DNA of 43,511 nt from Armatimonadota bacterium (GTDB lineage: Bacteria > Armatimonadota > UBA5829 > DTLH01). The stretch lies in NCBI GenBank assembly GCA_039680575.1, contig JBDKSP010000057.1, positions 1 through 43,511 of the forward strand, read 5' to 3'. The notes under the pieces were generated by a model that worked only from the letters and a program-made list of their open reading frames with translations, was not told the DNA's origin and did no database searches. The position numbers were made by a program, and so were the translations under genes. Below are positions 37,436-43,511 of this stretch, piece after piece (position 1 is the first letter of the stretch; every line of letters starts with the position of its first letter).

Positions 37436-37998
37436 CCGTCCACCAACCGTACGTCCAGCCCCAGATGCTGCAGGATTCGGTCCACCACGAAGTCTACCAG
37501 GTCGTCTATACTTGCCGGGTTGTGATAAAACGCCGGGGAGGCGGGCATAATCGTAGCTCCGGCGCGCGCGAGAGCCGCCATATTCTCAAGATGAATGAGC
37601 GAAAGCGGGGTTTCGCGCGTCACCAGTATGAGTTTCCGGCGCTCCTTGAGGCACACATCGGCTGCGCGGGTTATGAGGTCGTTCGAGACTCCGGCGGCGA
37701 TCCTTCCTACGGCTCCCATAGAACAGGGGACAATCACCATCCCATCGCAGCAGTGCGACCCGCTAGCAGGCGGCGCGCCGATCTCGTTCGGGTCGAGAAT
37801 AGTGAAATTTCCGTCTGGTATGAGGTCATCGAGCTCCACTATTCCGAGTTCATCCTTCAGGATCGAAATAGAATGCTCCGACGCGGTCAGGTAGACCATG
37901 TCGTAGTGCCCTGCGAGCGATTTCAAAAGCCGTTTTGCATAGATTGCGCCGCTTGCCCCGGTTATGGCGACGAACAGTCTCTTCTCAGCCAATTCCAA
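37423..37998 (-). CDS. ubiX: Flavin prenyltransferase
   Basis: ITGASGAIY, ASGS, RAADVCLKERR, RETPL, PAFY. Confidence 0.96.
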   Translation of the reverse strand: MELAEKRLFVAITGASGAIYAKRLLKSLAGHYDMVYLTASEHSISILKDELGIVELDDLIPDGNFTILDPNEIGAPPASGSHCCDGMVIVPCSMGAVGRIAAGVSNDLITRAADVCLKERRKLILVTRETPLSLIHLENMAALARAGATIMPASPAFYHNPASIDDLVDFVVDRILQHLGLDVRLVDGWQE

Positions 37999-39439
37999 GC
38001 TCCTTTGAAAGCCCCTCTATCTTGGCCTTCACGGCCGGGTGCATCTCTATTTCAGGCGGCCATTCCCGCGTGAACCCTTCCTCCGGCAGCTTGATCGTGG
38101 CGTCTATTCCCATCTTCGAGCCGTAATTCCGCATGGGAGAGGCGTGGTTCAGCACATCGACCGGTCCTTCCACGAAACATACATCCCGCTTCGGGTCGAT
38201 GTTGTTCCCGACCCGCCAGAGGACGGACTTCATGTCCTGCACATCGACATTTTCATCTACCACGACCATGATCTTCGTAAACGACATCTGCCCCATCCCC
38301 CAGAGCGCATGCATGACTTTTCTCGCATGCCCTGGGTAGCGCTTCTTGATCGAAATTATCGCCAAGTTATGGAAGACTCCCTCGACAGGCAGGTTTATAT
38401 CTACAATTTCGGGAAGCTGGCTCTTGATTAGCGGCAAAAATATCCGCTCGGTCGCTTTTGCGATCCAGCAGTCCTCCATCGGCGGCTTTCCGACTATGGT
38501 TGCCGGGTAAACCGGGTCTTTTTTGTGGGTAATTGCCGTGACATGGAAGACCGGATATTCGTCCGCCAGGCTGTAGTAGCCCGTATGGTCGCCGAAAGGC
38601 CCTTCGGTCCGGCGCTCTTTGGGGTCGACATAGCCTTCTATCACTATTTCGGACTCAGCAGGGACCTCCAGGTCTACGGAGACGCATTTTACCATCTCGA
38701 CGGGCTTCTGTCGCAGGAACCCGGCGAAGATCATCTCGTCGATCTCTTCAGGAAGCGGCGCAGTGGCCGAATAGGTGATAGCCGGGTCGCCTCCAAGCGC
38801 GACAGCGACTTCCATACGTTTTCCGAGCCGCTCGTATCCGGCGTAATGTTTCGCCCCGACCTTGTGCGCGTGCCAGTGCATGCCGGTCGTATGTGAATCG
38901 TAGACATGCATCCGGTACATCCCAGCGTTTCGCGTGCCGGTCTCGGGGTCTTTTGAGAAAACTATCGGCAGGGTGATGAACCGCCCGCCGTCCCCCGGCC
39001 AGCACTTCAAAATCGGGAATTTATCGAGCGAGGCCTCATCGCCTTTCAGCACGACTTCCTGGCATGGGCCGGATTTGACCGTTTTCGGGAAGGATGCCGA
39101 GAGCTTGAGGAGCGTGGGCAGCATCCTGATCTTACCGATCAGCCCTCCCGGCGCTTCCATGTGCATCAGGTCTTCTATGCGATGAGCGATTTCTTCTATA
39201 TCTTCCACGCCGAGCGCCATCGCCATGCGTTTTTTGGAGCCGAGCGCGTTGATGAGCACCGGAATATCGGACCCTTCGGGTTTTTCGATCAAAAGCGCCG
39301 GTCCGTCGGACTTCATCGCCCTGTCGGCAAGTTCCGTTATCTCAAGCTCCGGGCTGAGCGGGACTCTGACACGCTTCAGCTCGCCTGCAGACTCGAGCCT
39401 GCTAATAAAATCTTTAAGGTCTTTATAGGCCATATCCAC
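37985..39439 (-). CDS. ubiD: UbiD-family menaquinone biosynthesis decarboxylase (MqnL-like)
   Basis: DGGRFITLP, NAGMYR, EGPFGDHTGYY, GKPPMED, KMGIDAT. Confidence 0.95.
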   Translation of the reverse strand: MDMAYKDLKDFISRLESAGELKRVRVPLSPELEITELADRAMKSDGPALLIEKPEGSDIPVLINALGSKKRMAMALGVEDIEEIAHRIEDLMHMEAPGGLIGKIRMLPTLLKLSASFPKTVKSGPCQEVVLKGDEASLDKFPILKCWPGDGGRFITLPIVFSKDPETGTRNAGMYRMHVYDSHTTGMHWHAHKVGAKHYAGYERLGKRMEVAVALGGDPAITYSATAPLPEEIDEMIFAGFLRQKPVEMVKCVSVDLEVPAESEIVIEGYVDPKERRTEGPFGDHTGYYSLADEYPVFHVTAITHKKDPVYPATIVGKPPMEDCWIAKATERIFLPLIKSQLPEIVDINLPVEGVFHNLAIISIKKRYPGHARKVMHALWGMGQMSFTKIMVVVDENVDVQDMKSVLWRVGNNIDPKRDVCFVEGPVDVLNHASPMRNYGSKMGIDATIKLPEEGFTREWPPEIEMHPAVKAKIEGLSKELGIG

Positions 39440-39492
39440 ACCACAAATGGTACTGAAGCAGCATGACTTGTGCCAGCCTGCCGCTCTGCTAA

Positions 39493-39521
39493 ACTATAAC
39501 ATCGCATGGGGTGAGTGTCAA
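39493..39521 (-). promoter_or_regulatory. Sigma70-type promoter of the mqn operon
   Basis: TTGACA-N17-TATAGT with TGn extension. Confidence 0.7.
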
Positions 39522-39644
39522 AACAGCAAAGGAGGAGTTTGTGTAAAGAGGGAAGAATTACCAATATATTGGCATATTAGCAACATTTTATGTAACTGAA
39601 AGCCCGGCTGTACGTCTATAATGTCATATAGGAGGAGAAATGAG

Positions 39645-40472
39645 ATGAAAACAAAGACGTTTTTGATGGTCGCTTTACTCATGGTGTGCATCTCGACAGG
39701 AGTCTATGCCAAGGGTAGTAGTACAAAAATCCCCTTCAAGCCGTCGGATACCTGGATGGGCGTATATTACAAAGATTTCAAGATCGGTTATGTGCACACT
39801 ACCATCCATAATGACAATTACGAAGGAAAGGACGCGCTGAAAAGGGTAGACGTTCTAGCTCTGAAATGGTGTTACAATGGTAAGATAGAGCAATGTGAAG
39901 TGGCATGTACATTAATTGTTGATAAGAGCTACAATCCATTGTATGAATCGGTTAAGCAGAGAGATGGTGATCCATCCAAACCATCTAGATGTCCTATGGA
40001 GATCAAGTATAGAGAAAAAGACATGATATTGTCCTTTAATGACGGCAACAAGCTTTTGACCTCTGATTTTGAAGAGAAAGACAAGACGATAGAAAGGCTC
40101 TCCCATCAGTACGATCTAGGAGCAATGAAACTGCTTGTTGGGAGTAAGTTTCATATGAGACACGCTTACCTCATTGGTTGCGCTGTAGGGGATAATGCTG
40201 TTGACATTAATTACATGAGATCCTCAACAGTTCTGAATGTTGTAAGAGGTGAAAAGCTCCAGCTTGATGGGCATGACTATGATACACTCGTGGTTTCGGA
40301 AATTGTCGAGAAAGGTGATACACCCGAAGTCTTGAGATGGCATCTAAAGACTGGAGAGGTGGTAAAGATAGAAATACCAGCTAATCAGATCACCTATATA
40401 CGTGAACCCAGAGAAAAGGCTATACTGATCCCCTTGTTCAGTGGTCCCGATATCAGCGAAATAGCCAAATAG
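39645..40472 (+). CDS. Hypothetical secreted protein
   Basis: AGGAGG RBS, signal peptide; WMGVYYKDFKIGY resembles the N-terminal region of some transglutaminase-domain proteins. Confidence 0.75.
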   Translation: MKTKTFLMVALLMVCISTGVYAKGSSTKIPFKPSDTWMGVYYKDFKIGYVHTTIHNDNYEGKDALKRVDVLALKWCYNGKIEQCEVACTLIVDKSYNPLYESVKQRDGDPSKPSRCPMEIKYREKDMILSFNDGNKLLTSDFEEKDKTIERLSHQYDLGAMKLLVGSKFHMRHAYLIGCAVGDNAVDINYMRSSTVLNVVRGEKLQLDGHDYDTLVVSEIVEKGDTPEVLRWHLKTGEVVKIEIPANQITYIREPREKAILIPLFSGPDISEIAK

Positions 40473-40641
40473 CTCCCCGACACAATCTAAGGAGTTTCGA
40501 ATAATAAGGAGTTTTGGCTGAAACGATATTTAATACTCGTTATATCAATTGCCAAAACTCCATAGCGCCGGGGCATTACTGCAAGTTAAGGAACAGGTTC
40601 GCCTGGCTTGAGGTCATAGTGCTTGGAGGATGGCCCGTATT

Positions 40642-41064
40642 ATGAAGCTGAAAATCAGGAAGAAGGAAATCGCCGCTGTTATTGCCATAGTTTCGATAAC
40701 AGCATTTATTATGTATCCGGTCCTCAAAACTAGCTCAACTCCGGGCTGGGTCGGAAAAGCCGGATGTTTTATGAAGACAATCGGAAGTTGCTTAGATAGA
40801 TACCAAACTGACCATGATGGTAAACTACCAGGGTCGCTCGCGGAGCTTTATCCCAAATACGTAAATGATCCGCGCATAACTAAAAACCCCGTAGAGATTA
40901 GCCGAAACGGAAAACAGATGTGGATGACATACTACAAACCCAAAAACCTGCACAATCCGAACACAGCCGTAGCAGAACTGCGGCTGCATCCGGACGATAA
41001 GTCGAAATATCCAAAGAGAGGCATTGTCCTCAGAGCCAATTTAAGCGTGCAGTTTACTAAATAA
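40642..41064 (+). CDS. Hypothetical pseudopilin-like protein
   Basis: One N-terminal TM segment; YQTDHDGKLPGSLAELYPKY. Confidence 0.65.
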   Translation: MKLKIRKKEIAAVIAIVSITAFIMYPVLKTSSTPGWVGKAGCFMKTIGSCLDRYQTDHDGKLPGSLAELYPKYVNDPRITKNPVEISRNGKQMWMTYYKPKNLHNPNTAVAELRLHPDDKSKYPKRGIVLRANLSVQFTK

Positions 41065-41097
41065 TGCCAAGCAAACAAAAATAATATAAGGAGACTC

Positions 41098-42543
41098 ATG
41101 TTTACAAAAAATACGGCGATATTGTTTATTCTTATTGCTCTTGCACCATGCCATGCCGAAAGCACCAAGACCTTCGGCAGCTCCAACCGGCCTTCACTCC
41201 CGTTTTATGCGGAAACAGTCTTTCGTTCGCAATATAGTGGCCATGAATCTTTTAACACCCGGACACGTATCTGGTATCAGGACAAAGAGCACTACCGAGT
41301 GGAACTCATCGATTATCCTGACCAGAATCACCGTACTTACCTTGTACGGTCCGGTGCACGCGTATATTCAACACTGGCAAGACTGGATTCTCCTGAAAGA
41401 GCGAAGTGGCTGTGCTGCCCGGTATTCTGGACAGACTCTGATATTCTGGAAGTAACAATCCAGCGAAAATGGAAGCTCAGGGACCCTGTATTATTGGAAA
41501 CCGAGCGCCTGCGCGGACTTAAAGTAGAGCATTGGATAGGCCAATTTGGAAATAAGCGCCCTGCCGCAAAATTGATTGCAGAGATATGGGTGAGCACCGA
41601 CTCCCGTTTCCCAATGGTGATAAAGGTTGACCGAACCAGTACGAAGAGTGTTGTGCATTGGGAGATTACGCGCCTGCGTCTGGACCAGCAAATACCGTCT
41701 TATATGCTTACACCCCAGGTGCACCCTAAAAGCGGGCTTTTGGCTCAGCTCAAGATGACATACAAGCCGCTCTGGATGTTTCTGCTGCGGGATGCCCTTT
41801 ATCTGCTGGCTGTCCTATGGCTGATCAGCGCGCTTATGACGAAGAGAAGTATCACCAGGAAGATTCTGTCAGCCACCGGCGCAGTGGTTGTTATATCAGG
41901 TTTATTGAGTTTTACCTCCTCTACGGACCAGTATATGAACCATCTCTCCGGCCTGCCGGTGCTTGTTCTAATCGGTGGTATGGTTGCGGCGGCACTTTCA
42001 TTTGCTATAAAGCGGTTTCCAATTCCCGGTGATGTCCGCATGTTCGCCGGAACCCGCTGGCCTGTATTAGTCTGGACGTTGCTTGCTGCAGGAGTGGGGC
42101 TTTTACTGCGCACTAATTATGAACACGCTGCAGTATTGAGGCAGTACGTCATTACTCTTCGTGGCCTGCCGTTTCTGCCGCAGACTCTGGTTACAGTCGC
42201 AGTCTTTTTTGCGATCTGGGCTGCACTGGAGGAAGTGCTTTTCAGAGGTTACATAACGGGTCTCCTGAAACGAAGGTTCTCCTCACTTTTGGTTGTTAAC
42301 ATGCTCCAGGCACTTATCTTCGTCATCTGGCATATCCCAAACAGGCTGACCTTAGGATATCCCTTACCGAGAACTATTGGAGAACTTTTCGGAATCTTTA
42401 TACTGGGACTGATTCTTGGACGGCTTCGCTTGAAATATAACAACCTTGCTGCGCCGTGGCTTGTGCATACAGGTTACAACATCGGTGTATACTACGCCAT
42501 ATACGCCGGAATATATAACCTTTTAGGAACATTTGGACACTGA
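41098..42543 (+). CDS. CPBP (Abi/CAAX) intramembrane metalloprotease with an N-terminal extracellular domain
   Basis: EEVLFRG, FVIWH, HTGYN motifs; signal peptide plus beta-rich domain. Confidence 0.85.
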   Translation: MFTKNTAILFILIALAPCHAESTKTFGSSNRPSLPFYAETVFRSQYSGHESFNTRTRIWYQDKEHYRVELIDYPDQNHRTYLVRSGARVYSTLARLDSPERAKWLCCPVFWTDSDILEVTIQRKWKLRDPVLLETERLRGLKVEHWIGQFGNKRPAAKLIAEIWVSTDSRFPMVIKVDRTSTKSVVHWEITRLRLDQQIPSYMLTPQVHPKSGLLAQLKMTYKPLWMFLLRDALYLLAVLWLISALMTKRSITRKILSATGAVVVISGLLSFTSSTDQYMNHLSGLPVLVLIGGMVAAALSFAIKRFPIPGDVRMFAGTRWPVLVWTLLAAGVGLLLRTNYEHAAVLRQYVITLRGLPFLPQTLVTVAVFFAIWAALEEVLFRGYITGLLKRRFSSLLVVNMLQALIFVIWHIPNRLTLGYPLPRTIGELFGIFILGLILGRLRLKYNNLAAPWLVHTGYNIGVYYAIYAGIYNLLGTFGH

Positions 42544-42847
42544 GAAGTGCGAAGTGATTACTCCTTAGGGCAACAGATCTCTTGGTTAGCGATTGCTTAC
42601 AAAGTAATGATTAGTAGTCCTATTTATCCTCTCTGGTTAGCATATCAGATAGATACTTGGACATCCGCACATGTGAAAGAAGAAGACGAGAATATTGATG
42701 CTTAGATTTGGGACTTCCTAAAACTCTTCCTACTATGAATCCTGATATGAAATTTGTGCGAGGTGACTAAGTGCCAGTGTCCTCGATTGGCTTGATGGGT
42801 TATAATAAGTTGATTTTATCAAGTAGGCAGATTGCGAGGAAATTGTT

Positions 42848-43372
42848 TTGGTAAGTGAAGTTGAAATACGCCCGGCGAAAGAAGAAGATATACCTGTCAT
42901 TAATGAAATCTATAACCACGCTGTCAGGACATCCACGGCAACACTCGAAACTAAGGAAAAGACCCGTGAAGAACGGATGGAATGGTTCAGGCAGCATGGC
43001 AATCGTTATCCAGTCTTTGTCACTGTAGTAGATGGCAAGGTAGTCGGGTGGGGGTCTATCTCTCCGTATAGCTCCACACGCAACGGTTGGAAGTCTACAG
43101 TCGAAAGCTCCATCTATGTCGATCCGGACTGCAAAGGGCGTGGACTCGGAAAATTACTCGCAGGGCATACCGTCAGCACTGCTCAGAAGCTCGGCTATCA
43201 CGCGATAATCGCACAGGTTGTAGAAGACAATATTGCAAGCCTGAAGATGCTCGAAAAACATGGGTTCGAGCAGGTCGGTGTTCTGAAAGATGCCGGCTAT
43301 AAGTTCGATCAGTGGCTGAATATAGTTCTGATGGAAAAACTGCTGCCGGTAGAAGATAAAGCTTATGCCTGA
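42848..43372 (+). CDS. GNAT N-acetyltransferase (phosphinothricin/YncA-like)
   Basis: IYNHAV, VESSIYV, GRGLG, GYKFDQW. Confidence 0.92.
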   Translation: MVSEVEIRPAKEEDIPVINEIYNHAVRTSTATLETKEKTREERMEWFRQHGNRYPVFVTVVDGKVVGWGSISPYSSTRNGWKSTVESSIYVDPDCKGRGLGKLLAGHTVSTAQKLGYHAIIAQVVEDNIASLKMLEKHGFEQVGVLKDAGYKFDQWLNIVLMEKLLPVEDKAYA

Positions 43373-43511
43373 AAACTATAGATAATGCAGGGCGAACGCA
43401 CTGAAATTTGTTTTATGACAATTGCATGCGCGGAGTGACATTTATTACAGATAGGTACTTTATGCATTGATGTCGAAGTAGTCAGTATATCATCTTGGAG
43501 GTATGTATATT

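Noticed and set aside
42544..42847. Possible degraded gene or ncRNA
   Set aside because: Only a short imperfect repeat (TGGTTAGC); no convincing ORF or structure

Overview
Bacterial window, probably from an anaerobe. Armatimonadota-like affinity is an inference from the prepilin/H-X9-DG genes, a DUF4838-like gene and the futalosine pathway. Contents, left to right: the 5' end of an ISAs1-family element and an internally deleted inverted copy of it, flanking pyrK-pyrD-(hypothetical)-pyrF; an hdrCBA-flxDCBA electron-bifurcation cluster interrupted by a DUF4838-like gene and a GxxExxY remnant; a sialidase-like gene; a potassium locus (KimA-like transporter, STAS-USP protein, KtrA); several enzymes and regulators; a stand-alone cyanophycin synthetase N-domain gene; a c-di-AMP riboswitch leading a polysaccharide export (SLBB)/Wzc-like pair; a futalosine menaquinone operon (ubiD-ubiX-ubiA-...-mqnE-mqnA-mqnC) with inserted genes; and accessory genes at the right end. 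The most unusual signals are non-coding or repeat-derived: (1) an in-frame mosaic of about 140 codons of palindromic repeats at the start of mqnA, (2) a two-hairpin motif repeated upstream of both polysaccharide genes, (3) a 41-bp duplicated 3' end of ubiA/mqnP flanking an inserted gene, and (4) several dispersed small repeat families at operon junctions. All calls come from motif recognition by eye; no searches were run.
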